DNA of 59,270 bases, filler included, from Sphacelaria rigidula (GCA_964200075.2; 6 parts of 6 records of this genome joined end to end with filler, not necessarily neighbours in it), one strand, 5' to 3'. Shown: positions 36,076-49,476, counted from the first letter of the whole stretch. Numbers and translations: made by a program. The notes: generated from the letters alone by a model not told the origin.

Positions 36076-39000
36076 TTTTCAATTCCCGGTTGCTGCCAGG
36101 ATTGCGAGAACGCCGTATGCATAAAGCAGGTAAAATGCCATTTTGTGATTATTTGGCTTGAGCGCACTTCCATATCGCCCACTTACTCCCGACAACAGGC
36201 CCTTCGACAGAATCCTGGCGGTCCGAATCTCTCACTCGCCTAATATGGGGTTATAAAGAGGGGCAAAACCGCCGTTCCTCACACTTTGTTAATCCTTTTG
36301 GTACTGGGCTTCCAGAACGACCGACGAGGCTGGTTAGGAATGACGTGTCCTGCATATGCATGAAACAGTGGCTTGATGTTGCTGAAAACCAACGTATGTA
36401 TGTAACGGCAGGGTTGGATGAAGATCGAAAGTTTCATCCAATCTATTTTCAGTTGCAGGTACAAACTGTCTGTGCTATAATTCGGGTGTTGTGCGCATCA
36501 GGCAATGTATAGGTGTATCAACCAGTATCAGTCGCAGTGGAGAGCTTTTAACAGGATGTGGCAACCGCCGCCCGCCACTTGTGGCCTTGGATATTGTCCC
36601 CATCACCTTGCCACACAGCCCTTCGTGGTCGGGGTGGGCCTCGATTTCCCTTTGTTGCTAGCGGTGTATCCTCTTCGAACGACATGGGTGTTGCGCCGCA
36701 GATACAGTACAAAAGTGCAGCACGCTTTTCCGAATGCAACAGCAGCTGCCGCTGCATACTCCCTCACATGTTCTGGGCAGTTCTGCGCAACAGAGATAAG
36801 CTGCCTATACACAACAAGTTCGTTACCGTCGACAACATACAATCTCACCGCCGCTTGTACCGCTTCAACAGAGGGATACGCAGAGCTCATGCCTCTTGCT
36901 GCGTCTCTCGTCCCACAGCGTTGCCAGATTCATTCGTCTTGTGAATATACCACATATATAGTAGGGTACATTTATTCCCGAATTTCTCCCGAGAGCTACG
37001 TGTTAGTGTTATCAACTGTGATTTACGATAAGATTGTGACCCCAAAAAATCGGGGGGATAGGAGGCCGGGCCTACATGAAATCAAGTAATGATGAAAAAT
37101 TCGGGAATCCGAGCCCCGAGAACTTGGGTTTTCTTTTGCTTCGATTGCTTTTTTGTGGGCCAGGGACGGGGTACACCAACTTTGCTGTGACATCACTCCC
37201 GGCGACAGCCCCCCCCCACTGGTCGTTCTGATGTGGTCGATCAATTCCGCCTTCAGCCCTGATTGGACAGGTCGCTCCCAGACTTGCTTCATATTATTTT
37301 ACCAACACATGGTGAACATGGTGTTCGTCCCAAAAGGGTTAAGGTGTCTATCTAAAGTGCAGCTGAGGGCTCTGGCGGCAAAACGCTGAAGCGCAACATG
37401 CCACAGCTATCGCGATCCACCGCGTAAATCAAAGTTCATAATCCAGCGATGAGATCACCTCCTCTCCCGGCCGCCAAGAGAACGGGCACACAAAATCGCA
37501 GCCGCCGTGTACCTGGTATAGACCCTTGCGATACCTTCGAAAAATCGGCCGCTTCTTTCATGACACTGGACCACTTTGCCAAGAAATTACATGAACAACG
37601 TGTGGTGTTGCCTCAAGACCGTACTTCGCTATGCTGTGCACGCACGCTGTAGCTTGCGGCAAGTACACACCACTCTCCTGCTCGCTCCAGGCCGTGACAA
37701 CGGCCAGAACCGCCGGCAATAGCGGGACCGTGAGGCCGAGAACTGAAGCCAAGAATTTCATCGATCGACGGGGAAATGCTGGTGGCAAAAGAGCTTCACA
37801 CTACAGCGTGTTGTTGAGTATTCCGCATGCCGGGTAAGGACCACGGGCGTCTTATGAATAACGATGCCGCCCATGAAACAGAGTTGCATTTGAGTGCAGT
37901 TATTGTCTCTTGTTGTATCAGGCGACCTCGGCCACTTTCTCGACAGACGGCACTGCCCCGTTCTGCACTGTGCCTGTCTGTGAGGAACTACATGGTCCCG
38001 TGACAATAAATGACGGGGTATATCACCCCCTTCATCGGTGACGGGCTTTCTTGCCTCGATTTCTCGAGAAGGCAGGCCCCATAGTATCCTACGCCCCTTT
38101 ATTATCGAACGAATTCAACGAAATCTCTTGCTTACCCAGTATTTCGCCGACCTGGCCATCCCAGGTTTCGAGTCAACAAGGACCGAGCAATTCACCATGT
38201 GCACGTGATAATGCCCGCCGCCCGCTAGACCACCGCACATGGAACTTCAATCGGCCTCACCTCTGTAGCGAGTCCAGATGAGAGGTTGACGTGATTATTC
38301 CTTACTCCACAATAGGTGTCACGCTAGTTTCGCATTCCTTTCCCCTGTAGCCTCTACCATTTTCCCTACACTTCGGCCTGGCGGTAGCTCGTCCCGTTAT
38401 TGTTAACACGATCAGTGTTACGCCGAAAGAAAAACAAAAATCATAAGTAGGAAAAAGCCTGCATACAAAAGTCATTGTACAGGACTTCAGGTGGAACCAG
38501 GCACAAATACAAAGCAGGTGCGCTTCACACGACCGGGCAGCTCCACACCAAGGCGTGCAGGTCCGACACGCGACATCACTGCGAAGATTTGAAGAAGGCA
38601 GGATAGTTGGCGCTGATTTATGGCCGGAAAAGTGACGTTTAGGAGACAAATTACCGTGTTGGATGGATGCAAGAATACTGTTGCTGTGACCCGTGGCATG
38701 CGGAGCCAATGGTATGGAGATGTGTGCCGTCCACGCAGGTCTAAACGGGTCTGCAGCAAAGAGACGGCGTTGCTCATCATGTATAGATTTCATGGGAAAA
38801 AGAACTGCGTGAAATGTTTCAGGGCGTACTGTTCGCGCCACGATGATCCGCAGGCACCCCTGATGGAGAAGGTAGACCGCGTGAAGTTCGACAGTTGCAC
38901 CAGTTTCTTGATAAATCCCTATATAAACACTTCCATCCACCGCTGCTCCATTTCTGTATTCACTGCACTGTAATCGATGTACGTCAATTTTTTGTACGGG

Positions 39001-39440
39001 TACTGTATCTGAATAACAATAAGTGCGCGGTGCTGCACTTACTGGACTGTTGAATACTGTTGTCAGCGAGTGTCAGTATACACCGAACGGTTACGTAGCG
39101 TGTAGCTTTGGTTGCAATGCTGTACACTGCACTGGACATGGACACCTTCACGGGACGTTGACCGACCCACAGGGCGACCAAGCACGCCGACACCGTCGGT
39201 GTCGGACTGCAACACATGTTGCGCCCCGATCCGCTCGTGTTATTTGCAGCGCCCGTGCCGTGCGGTCCGTACAGGTGTACCATGATTGCTGCTAGCTGTA
39301 ATGTCGGCCTAACCCTAACCACGCATGCAGCGGGCCACGCAACCACCGGTGCCCTGGCGCTAGACCACATTTGTAAGGAAGCTGAAATGTGAAACCTGTG
39401 TCTTCATGTCTGCTGTGCTTGTGATGGGAACGCAGGTTAA

Positions 39441-39481
39441 CACTTCGACCGCGAGGTTAGTCTTCTGTTGAATCGGCATCA
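39441..39481. mobile_element. piggyBac-type MITE end at contig edge
   Basis: TTAA then GACCGCGAGGTTAGTCTTCTGTTGAATCGGCATCA, matching 15341-15512. Confidence 0.7.
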
Positions 39482-39581
39482 NNNNNNNNNNNNNNNNNNN
39501 NNNNNNNNNNNNNNNNNNNNNNNNNTTAATTAATTAANNNNNNNNNNNNNNNNNNNNNNNNNNNNNNNNNNNNNNNNNNNN
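39482..39581. other. Artificial contig spacer
   Basis: Same linker. Confidence 0.98.
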
Positions 39582-39596
39582 GTCTGTGTCGATGAG

Positions 39597-39644
39597 ATAT
39601 TGCTTTGAGAGCTTGAATCCGTTTTTAGGCTGGCCCAGCTCGTA
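39597..39644. repeat. Terminus of TA-CGAGCTGGGCCAG MITE; inverted counterpart at 49329-49376
   Basis: ATATTGCTTTGAGAGCTT.AATCCGT.T.TAGGCTGGCCCAGCTCGTA at both ends of contig 5. Confidence 0.8.
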
Positions 39645-41422
39645 AGCTTTTCCGTTTTTTACCCTGCCCGTCGCGTGCAACTAATTATAAAATGGACTTG
39701 AAGCCATCTAGGAACATAAATGCCGTGGGCGTATGAGATTCGGCCTAGTAACGATCAGTTCGATTCGACCGCATGTTTCCGAGTCGGAGAATATTTGATG
39801 AGACACGGCCTGAGTACGTTGCGGTGAAATGGGAAATCTGATGGCTGGCATTTCCGTCAGTTCAGCCGCGGGGCTGTATCTACTACCGTGGATACCCCAT
39901 GTCGGATCCTTCCACATGTTGAAGTACAAAATCTTGAAGGGGGATACGCACTGCAGTGATTGTATCTGTTCGTGCTGTACAAAAGTAAGTTAGGATGAGT
40001 TACAGCGAGTTGTTTCCCGATCTAGTGCGATGGCACATGAAAGGTTGAAGGGTTCTTTCTCGAAACGTACAAGTCCACCTCGTTCCTTGTGTTGTGGGCG
40101 CCGTGTCTCGGGACGCACACGATCCGCTAAACTATAATAAGAGGTGCGCTGTGACATGCATACGATGACATATCCACGGTGAAGAATGTAGGCGTGGCCG
40201 GTACCGTGGGCAAGCTGAGAAATACAACTATTTGGTAATGTACTGTACGCCGTCTTGTTCTCTACGGGTACATGCTGGGCTGGTTCGTAGCGAATGTATC
40301 AAGGATGACCCTCCAACACAAGGTTCTGACGGCCCAATTTCCAGAGTCAGCGTGCAGAACCAGTTCCGCTCGATGACTGGAATGAAACGCAAACTCCGTT
40401 GTTTCTTGTTCTTTGAGACTCGTAAGTGTGCTCTTGAGGTGTGGTCGTTGACAGCTTGAAGCGGCGGAACTCGGCTGCTGTTGCAGCAACATGTTGATAC
40501 AGTATGCAATATTCGTAACCGCAGCTCAAGACCCCCTGTTTCGAATAGTAGGTGTTACGTGGTGTCGCCCCTGTCTAGCTGGTTTATACCCGCCATATTG
40601 CTACAAAATTCTGAAGCGACGAAAAATCAGCAACTTACCTGCTGTGACAACGTTGGCTCCGTATTGTATGCTCAACTAGTTAGTTCGGAATGTTAAGAAT
40701 ATGAAGATCATCCGAATACTGAAGTTTCAGGTGGAAACCGAATGACATTTTGTTGATGTTCGGGAAAAGTCACCCGCACATACATGAGAAATCAGCTCCA
40801 GACCGTCTTGTTTTTCGCCGTATACGTATGGTTAAATAGAGAAAGTGCATGATTAAGTTATACTTCGAAGTATATATTATAGATGATGTTATATGTGGGG
40901 TGACGGCTGTCTTAGAATATATTGCCTGCACCTGTTATCGCGCGTGTTTTCGCGAGGGTTGAAAGCGACACCCATTTGTAACTTTATGGCGCGTTGGGAA
41001 GCCATTTTTGACTGATTGATGGGAAGGTGTGAGACAAGCGCACGGTGTAAAGAAACGGATGTGCTGCTACTTCTACCCTCGTGAGTGTTGCTCAGTGTAC
41101 GTAGTGTACAAGTTTCGCTATGTTGTATATGCTTGAAGCCACCTCACGACAGTCTGACGGCAGAGCGATGTGAATCACGACCCGAAAACAGGGGAGTTCG
41201 TGCATTATGCATGTGGTGTTACGCGCGACGACATACTTCTTGGCGTGCATTTGGGTGGGGGTGTAGGGGTCGTGACGCTATCTTCATGTCGCTGAATCTC
41301 GTCAATCTAACTACCTTGTACTAACTAGCAAGAAGCAGCATCTCAGGGTGCCTCCTTTGAGTAACATTCTGTCGACTTCCGCCGCGCGCCCCCCATCTCC
41401 GGTGGGATGTGGTTTATTGCAG

Positions 41423-41564
41423 CGTGGAGCTTCCCCGGGATCCGCTGGGAGAGGCGGACGCCGACGACAACCAGAGCGGCTTCCGACGCCTCATGGCGAA
41501 CACCACTTTCGAGAGTCCCTTCGCCAAGAAAAAACTGGGTTTTAGCCCGCTCGGACTGGACGAA
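41423..41564 (+). CDS. Internal exon of the WW-domain protein gene (VELPRDPLGEAD...FSPLGLDE)
   Basis: TTGCAG acceptor, GTGAGT donor, ends in phase 0. Confidence 0.75.
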
Positions 41565-42064
41565 GTGAGTTCCACCCGAAGAGTCCTGTTATACGCAGCG
41601 TCGTCGCCGTTGTCGAGGTCAGAGGTTTCGCTTGTGCGATGGAACCGTTTCACGTGGGGGTTGTGAGAAAAAGCGGGGGGGAAAAGCGGTAAATGTATCT
41701 TAGCCGGCCCGATTTTGGTCCCACGTGTCGAGCATTTGCATTTGTATCTGTCATATCCAGCGTTCGTTAATCGGTGCTTGTGAAGTAGGATAGGGCGGCG
41801 TTGAATACGGGGAAAACCCTGCTTCTCATGCCACACACAGCAGTACGTGGGTGGAGAGTAATTACCCGCTGTACTATCGACAGGCACGACGTGGGTGTGA
41901 CGGCTTAAACGCTTCGTCGAATCATTCAAGTCAAGGCGAAAGTCGCTGGGTCCCCGCCGGTCTTTTGTCCGTACGCTGTTTTTACGCCGAAACCTACGGA
42001 ATGATGCCGCCCTCTTGTCATTTGTTGGCTTTCCGTCGCGGTGTTGCGTGGCGGATTGCGATAG

Positions 42065-42133
42065 GCGGCGAACGAGTCAGCGATTTTGGACGTGACCGCG
42101 GACACAGCTGTCGAAGATAAAGATGCTAAACAG
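42065..42133 (+). CDS. Internal exon of the WW-domain protein gene (AANESAILDVTADTAVEDKDAKQ)
   Basis: TAG acceptor, CAG|GTGCGG donor, 69 nt, phase 0-0. Confidence 0.7.
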
Positions 42134-43022
42134 GTGCGGTGGAATGCGACCCGTGTAACGATGGAACAAGGTGTAAGGTGGGATGTTCCCACAAGCGAAG
42201 AGCATACATGAGTCGCAGGAATAGTTCGGTTCCCTAGTATTTTTTCTCGCTTGCGTACGCGAGTGGCAGCTCAGCAAACCGAAGCGAAAGCACTCTTGTT
42301 TGGTCTTCTCCGCTGCTACTTAATTTTGTCTATGCCGTGTTTTCTTTTATGCCCCGTCGTTGGAGGGCGTATGCCCTGACGCCGCCTTGAATGTCTTGAG
42401 CGGTTTACTCGGGAGGCGCCGGGGAAGCTTGATACCAGCGGTGCGCGAGGACGCGTCTGGAGAAATGTCCAAGCTTATTGACCAGTATATATCTTGATGT
42501 TACTGTAATCACATTTGCGATGTTTTCTGTAGTTGAGGCCGTTGGATGTACCGCTCTGTTCGAACTTTGAACGGTTTGTTGGTGATCTCTGTTGGGGGCA
42601 CAAGTTTTTGCTTGGCGGTGATACGGCTTGTACAAGTAGCTTCTTGACACAAGTGGATTCGTCCATGATCGATTGATTATCCTACGGAAACTGATCCGCC
42701 ATACATCCACCGTACCACTACGCCGGGAGCCCTCCTGACATGGGACCGGATTGGGCTCCCCGTAGTAGCATCGGGGATACTTGTATTAGCCTTGGAATCG
42801 GCGCGGTGCCGTGAGTACCACCCAAGTGTCCTCGTTGGAGATGACAAGTGGCATGGCTCTCGTCAAGCTCTCAAGCCCTCGTCATCCCCATTTTTTGTGT
42901 GTTAACCAACAGTCGCAACGAATGGATGAAATCCGAGTTGCCGCGTTTCCCTCTTCCTGCTAACGTCCGCCGCCCACCTTCAATCCCTGTGGGAAAAAAA
43001 CACCTGTTGGCGGTGCTCTCAG

Positions 43023-44825
43023 GTCGACAGTAACTCCGTCAAGGGCGAAGTAGTAACCAGCAGTTCTCCCTCCAAGCCCCCGGAAATAACAACAGCACAA
43101 GGAAACAACGGCACGACCCAACAGGAAACCCTCGCGGTCGCCAGCCCCGATACATCATCGGTCAAACACACTTCCAAAGTAAGCAACGGCGGTAGCAGTA
43201 GTAGCGGCGGGCTCCGCCGACAACTGCCCACTCTCGTAGCCATCCGCGGCAGACGCAAGGTACGCAAAGACGTGATTTCAGGACCGGGGGCGGCGGGCAG
43301 AGGGGGCGTGGGCGGTTCACGCCCCAATTCTGCCTCGCCGCAGACAGGGACATCAAATAGCATCGGCAGTGGCAGCAGCGGCAGCAGCAGTAGCGGCGAT
43401 GACAGCAGCGAAGGAGCAGCCAGAACGTCTCCTTTGGTCAACAGCGGGAGCTCCAGTGGCAAGGCAGCAACCGAAAAGTCTGGTGGCGTGTTGTTGCCTC
43501 CAAATTCTCCCGCGATAGCAGCGCCGCATACACCAGACCACCTACCGCCGCCGGATTCTCCGCTCTTCCCGCCTGCCTCGCCCATGGCACCGAACGACGG
43601 TCCTGGATCCCCCGGGTATCGCCCGAGCTTCACGTCTGGTGGAGTGGAGTCGCGTGAGGATCGAACTACTGGGTCTCCAGGGGAGGGCAAGGCGTCGGTG
43701 GTGAATACGGAGTCTATAAATTCGGCCTTAATGATGAAACCGGCAAGTGAGGGCAGGACAGTTGTGGACAAAGGCTTGGGCATGGGCAAGGGAGTCATGG
43801 GTGAAGACCCTGGTAGTCCCGAGCGAGTGGAGGACGATGTTATTCTTGCCGGCTCTGGTTCGTTCGAGCTGCCACCGGTGGCCTCAAGTGACCAACAGGT
43901 CGGAGGAAAAAGCAAAAACGAAAGAGGGGCTATTCCAGAAGTATCAGGCAGCGAGTCGTCTATTCGCCCAGGAGAAAGCAATGGAAAGGGATCCGGGCGA
44001 CCCAGCGACGGAACGTCCACGCCACCGCATCCCCGGCCCCCGCCTGCTCGACACCCTGCTGCGAGACCCCCCCCACCGAAACATCCGCAAGCACTGCATA
44101 AGGCTCGACCTGGACACCCGCCGTCCGCAGCAAAGCCAAGACCTCCGTCAGGTCCTCGACCACCGCCACCTCGACCTTCACTTCCCTCTGCCGGTAGCAC
44201 TAGCCCGCACAGCGCTGGGGTGCGCGCACCGTCGGGTTCGTCGATGGGAGGTCGGGGGGATGGCATCGAGTTGCCGCGAGACGTTCCCGATACGTTGAAG
44301 TCAAAACCTGTAGAAAAGTCAATGGCCTCTCCTCTGTTCACACCTGCCGCGTCGCCCGCAACGCGTGGCGCATCATTGCCGTCTTCGAGAGGCCTCCCGG
44401 GAGATGTCTCCAACACGTCGGGGTTGAAACCTGCAGAGAAGCCGCTAAGTTCACCGGTGTTTGCTCCAACAGCGTCTCCCGCTACGGCCACCGCCGCTGG
44501 CGGTGGTGCATCGTGGTCAAACCCGGGCGCCTCCGGCTCGAAACCTGTGGCTACTCCTGCTGCAACACCCTCCGCGGCTAACATATTTACGCGTACCGAG
44601 TCGCCGGCTACGCTATCTTTTGCGAAACAGTCGGCGTTTGTAAGGACCGATTCACCCGCCACAGTGAGACCCGCGGTAGCGCCAGTTTCCGGAAGAATAT
44701 CCTCCACGGAAGGTAGTCGAATGGGGGTAGCAGACGGCGGGGGCGGGGCGGGAGGTGGACCTAGAGGACCTGGTGTAGATGACGGAAGGGCGGCAAAGCG
44801 GGCAAAGCAGGAGCAGAAAGAACAG
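43023..44825 (+). CDS. Large low-complexity S/P/G/A-rich exon (601 codons) of the WW-domain protein gene
   Basis: CTCTCAG acceptor, open frame of 1803 nt, CAG|GTGCGT donor, phase 0-0. Confidence 0.85.
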
Positions 44826-44929
44826 GTGCGTCCGTGGAGTTTATTTCTGCTTTCGTTGATCAAGTTCCCGAGTATTCTAGGGATTGGACGAATCAGAGTT
44901 CATACAAGTTGACTCCCCAAGAATAATGA

Positions 44930-46385
44930 ATGCGAATCATGTACCAAATAGTCATGCGGTATGAGTCACGGATTGTAAAGTCGTATATTCAAGGTCATAC
45001 CGTACGAATCACGAACTGGGAATGTGTACACTTCAAGTAGTATCAGCCGAACCAAGAGTGAAAAATATGTACGAATCACAATTCCTGTATGAATCATGGG
45101 TGGGAAACATGTACACTCACTTCATCTTGTATAAGTGGAAGGTGGGGACATGTACGCTTGATTCATCTCGAAATAATGTAAGGCGGAGAACATGTACGTA
45201 TGATTCACGCTACATGAACGGAAATCGGGAAAGCATTCACGTGTGATTCACCTCGTATGATTGGAAGTTGTAGAACGTGTGTGCCTATGATTCATGCGCC
45301 ATGGATGAAAGGGGAGAAGGGGGAGATACAGGTACGCTTGATTCACCTCGTATGAATGAAAGCTGGGAAACATGCATCTGTGACTCATGCTCACGATCTC
45401 AAGGTGGAAAACATGTATCTGAACCATGTGATTCATGCTCTATGATTCTAAGGAAAGAAACAGCTAGAGTAATCACTTTGGGCGCGCAGATGCGTGCTGT
45501 GCCATACTGTACCGTACTGTCCGCAAAGTGCACAGCACGCTGCCGGAGTTTCCCCGGGAAACCCCTGCGGGCATCCAGGCACGACGCGTGCTGGTGCTGT
45601 TTTCTTCGCAAGTGTTTGTGGTATTGTTATCGTATTCAGTATATTCAGGTCAAGCGTATCACAGAGCTCAACACGAAACCACAAGGGCTGTCAATGACAT
45701 AGCTTGGGAAAAAATACTACCGTTGATATGTTACGTGAGTACAAAATGTGAAATTGGGTTAACGGATGGCTCTTGAGGGGTTCGCGAACTGTATGCTCTT
45801 GATTGCCTACCCTCGCCTGCAAAAGGGCCGTGCCACCGAAGAGCCGCGCCCCATGAAATGACAGGTGGGAAACAACATGGTCAAATGATTGATATCATAT
45901 GCACAGAAGGTGGGGAACATGTACGTATGATTTGCGCTGCATAAATGAAGGGTGGGAAACATACACGTTTGATCCATCTAGCATAAACGGAATGTAGGGA
46001 ATATGTACGTATGATTCATGCCGCATGGATGAGAACCGGGAAATATGTACGCTTGGTTCACCTGCTATGAATCGAAGGCGGAAAACGTGTTGGTACGATT
46101 CATGCGGCATGAACGGAATTTGGAATCATGTGCGCTTGATTCACCTCGTATAAATGGAAGGTGGGGAACGTTTGCCTATGATTCATGCTGAATGAATGTA
46201 AATTAGAAAATACGTACCTGCGATTCACACCATACGATTGTAAGGTAGGAAACGTGTACCTTCGACGGTGTATCGCACGAACCAGGAACTCGGAATATGT
46301 ACACTCGAGGCGGTGTCGTACGTATCACGAACCCAAAACATGTACAAATCACGACTTGTGTACGAGTCGTATGAATGATTCGTCT
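44930..46385. repeat. Degenerate ~42-bp minisatellite in an intron (two blocks, about 44930-45450 and 45885-46385)
   Basis: Recurrent TGATTCA(TG/CC)...GAA.GTGGG.AACATGTAC units about 42 bp apart. Confidence 0.8.
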
Positions 46386-46704
46386 AAATGTTGAACATGA
46401 ATCGAATTCCCATTTTGCTCGTCCGAACCGTGGAGTATTCAGCGTTTGTTCGCTCACTGACGCGTGTTTCCCCGATTGCGCTGGCGTTGCGAGGGCCGCG
46501 CTACCACATGAGGACCGTAAATCACGTGTCCAAAGGTTGTGGCTCATCAGGGCTTCTTTCGGAATGTTTTGCCTTAAACTTCATCCGTGCTTAGTAATGA
46601 TAAATTCTCCAGGGGCTGCGCTTGTCAGTCCTCTCGTATTCATGCTTCTAAGCTCTTCCCCTCGCGGGTGCTGGTTTCCCATTGCATGTTGCAACTCTCA
46701 ACAG

Positions 46705-46854
46705 GAACCACGGCGAGTTTTGACCCCACACGACTACATCCTGCCGAGGGGGTGGATAGTTGCGTTCTCCAACAAACTAAAACGCGACTACTACTTCGAC
46801 ACGGTCAGCAAGATGAGCCAATGGACGCCGCCAGAGGGTAGTATACCGAGATAG
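46705..46854 (+). CDS. Terminal exon encoding a C-terminal WW domain
   Basis: CAACAG acceptor; LPRGWIVAFSNKLKRDYYFDTVSKMSQWTPP fits the WW consensus; TAG stop. Confidence 0.9.
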   Translation, partial: EPRRVLTPHDYILPRGWIVAFSNKLKRDYYFDTVSKMSQWTPPEGSIPR

Positions 46855-47834
46855 CCCGCTGCTATGCACTCCACTCACCCAGCTTGGTGGGAGTGTTGTG
46901 TGCTAGGGTGTCCTGTTGGGGGACGGAGTGCCCGTTTATTGTTGTCCCATGCAGTTGCGTTGTTCTTGAGATCGTGGTGATGTGTCGTAGCTCCGCTGTG
47001 GCGGAGTAATGTAATTTTGCCCACATGATGCGTCGATTTATGGCATCTGCGCCACTTTTCATGTGACACAAAGCGATTTCAACCGTCTAGTAGTCGATTC
47101 GGGTTGCGCTCAAAGCGTCAAGCACGGACTGCTTTAATGTTGCTTCCTCGTGAGTGTGTTGTCACGTTGCCAATCTCGACAAGCTCATGTCAATATTCCG
47201 ACACGTTTGGGCACCGAGTTCGTATAATTGATGTCGTAGGTGGTACGATGTAATAGGGTGTCTCGTCTAGCGTAACTTGGCGGCTGCCCTTATATCATAT
47301 TGCCCACTGATGGGTCATGGTTATAGATTGTCACCCTGGGAGTCAGATTTAGTTGTGCTCGTACATAGTCTCGTTGCTCCCCAGAGTGTTTGGAGCACTT
47401 GGAACGTCTGTGGTTTCGTCCGTTTTTCTTGTAGGCGTCCTGCGTGCTATTCGTTGAAGCTCGTCGTGTCGGTTAAAGAGTTGCGTTTTTTCAACGCCAA
47501 AATTTCGCAAAACGGCATATTCTCAGGAAATCCTCATGTTCGTAGTAACACACGGGGATAGCATTCTCCAGGAACGATTCGGTATTTTGGTTCGTTCGTG
47601 CGTTCGTTCGTGACAAATTCGTCCTGGGTTTAGCATGTTTCGGCCGCTATTGGTACGGATGGGCTTTACGTATCGCGACGCTTGACTGACCTTCATGAAC
47701 TACAACACGGGGACAATGTGCCGATTCAAGATATGAAAGTGTAACATGTAGCACAGATGTCGTTGTCATCCCTTATCGCTTTCGCTTGGCCTCAGCTTCC
47801 ACACGAATAGCCTTGGCCGTTCCTCGAAGTGAAA

Positions 47835-48195
47835 CTAATCAATGTTGACGAGACCAGTGAGGGGTGTGAAGCCAGGGGCAAGCATAGTATTTGCAGACGA
47901 AAGGCCCGTCTTCGGATTGGCCGACCTCTCTCTTAGACAAGCTGGGAGGTGTAAGAGGTGAGTAGCTCGGATCGTACTCGTGTCCCCTCCGGAGGAAAGG
48001 TCATTTCCCCACCATCGTTCATGGTACTCCCGACGTATGAACCAGTGGTGGATGGTCACTATTGGCCGCAGCCCCGAGAAGGAAAAAGTTGAAATCTAGC
48101 ATGGTATGTGTGCTATGTTTCCGAGGTGGAGTCCGAACTCACATCTCTCGCTCTAGAACAGAGAGGTGCAACTCCCATACTCCTGGATCGGTGGT
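47835..48195 (-). mobile_element. Possible third SINE-like element
   Basis: B-box-like GAGTTCGGACTCC near the 5' end; abuts the Copia remnant. Confidence 0.35.
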
Positions 48196-48199
48196 GGAG

Positions 48200-49320
48200 A
48201 ACCATTGCAATGGCTGAGCGAACTATACCGTTGGTCTTGGCATAGTTATGCATACCCTCCTTGACAGCGGTAGTCATACACGATAGCCCACTATCCGCTA
48301 TCCATGCTTGCCCCCCTCACCCTCTGCTTGCGCCAAAGTAGCTGTCTTCTACCACGATTGCCGATACTATCTCCTCTGTTCTCTCTCGCGCCGTGAAGGT
48401 CTTGTGGATGTGGCTGAATCGCACATCTTGCACAGGCAGGGCTGCTGTTGCTAGCCTCGGGTAATCAGCCGCGACATGACATCTGGCCACACTTGCTACA
48501 CCCTTTTTTCGGGCAGTTATCTACCAATGTGCCCAACCTCTTCGCTATTGAAGCGTTTCCACCTGTCAGACACCCCGAGATCGGGTATTGTGTCCCATGG
48601 TTTCGGGATCGTAAAAAGAGGAGTGGACGCTCATAGATTGTTATTGATCTTGGTAGCTTGGCCACAGCGATTGCCTCGCTCCCTACCGTAGCCCCCGCTG
48701 CGACGCCCACGACTATGACAGCGACCAGTAGTAGCAAATAGTGCACGATCCTCACTGTCCGTGCCAAACTGTTTCAAGGACGTATATACTCTCCCCGATC
48801 TGTAACTCTCATTTGCGCTCGCCACACATCATTCCAAGCAGAGTAGTGCATGGGATTCACAACGGTTATACTCGGGAGGCGAAAGGGACATCGTTTTCAC
48901 TCTGACAACTGTGCCTGAAACAACACACCTTTTATCATTCAATTTCGCTGCTTAGGCCTCGACAGCAATGGAGGCAACTCCAGGATCGGTCCCTGCCTTG
49001 AGCTGCATACCCGTTGGACTCTTCAAGCAACGCCAGACCAGCTTCAAAAGAGCTCGAGGGATTCTCCAGTTGTGGCCATGCTTGTGAAGGCAATCTATAC
49101 CTTAGAACAATCTGCTTGTTCGCATTGTCTTGCGTATTTGCCAACGAGTTGATATTCCACCTTCGTGGCTACCACCTCTCTGCATGCTGACCCAAGGTTA
49201 CCTGGCCTTGCAGGAGGCATCATGGGGGCAGACTCAACACCATGCCTAAACCATGCCAAGGAGAGCGAGAGTAGTTCTCAGCCGCATAGCTCATTTACTC
49301 ATTTTCTACCCTAAACACCT
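48200..49320 (-). pseudogene. Ty1/Copia gag-protease remnant
   Basis: Degenerate zinc knuckle (FNSEEVGHIGR/NCPKKGCSKCG) followed by AWIADSGLSCMT, resembling the Copia protease WIxDSGAS motif; many stops. Confidence 0.65.
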
Positions 49321-49376
49321 CTGCTTAATACGAGCTGGGCCAGCCTAGACACGGATTTAAGCTCTCAAAGCAATAT

Positions 49377-49476
49377 NNNNNNNNNNNNNNNNNNNNNNNN
49401 NNNNNNNNNNNNNNNNNNNNTTAATTAATTAANNNNNNNNNNNNNNNNNNNNNNNNNNNNNNNNNNNNNNNNNNNN
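49377..49476. other. Artificial contig spacer
   Basis: Same linker. Confidence 0.98.

Noticed and set aside
38787-38871. Possible Cys/His-rich exon (KNCVKCFRAYCSRH) with AG/GT borders
   Set aside because: No convincing partner exons or recognisable domain; too weak to call.
40291-40400. Possible upstream exon of the WW gene
   Set aside because: No strong donor in the phase required by the exon at 41423.
43019-44863. 614-aa minus-strand ORF
   Set aside because: In-register antisense shadow of the GC-rich + strand exon, which has proper splice sites and joins the WW exon.
44930-46385. CRISPR-like periodic array
   Set aside because: Units are degenerate along their whole length, with no constant repeat plus unique spacer and no cas genes; eukaryotic intron.
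39597-49376. Giant TIR element capturing the WW gene
   Set aside because: The TA-CGAGCTGGGCCAG termini face the contig interior, so these are two separate MITEs that broke the assembly.
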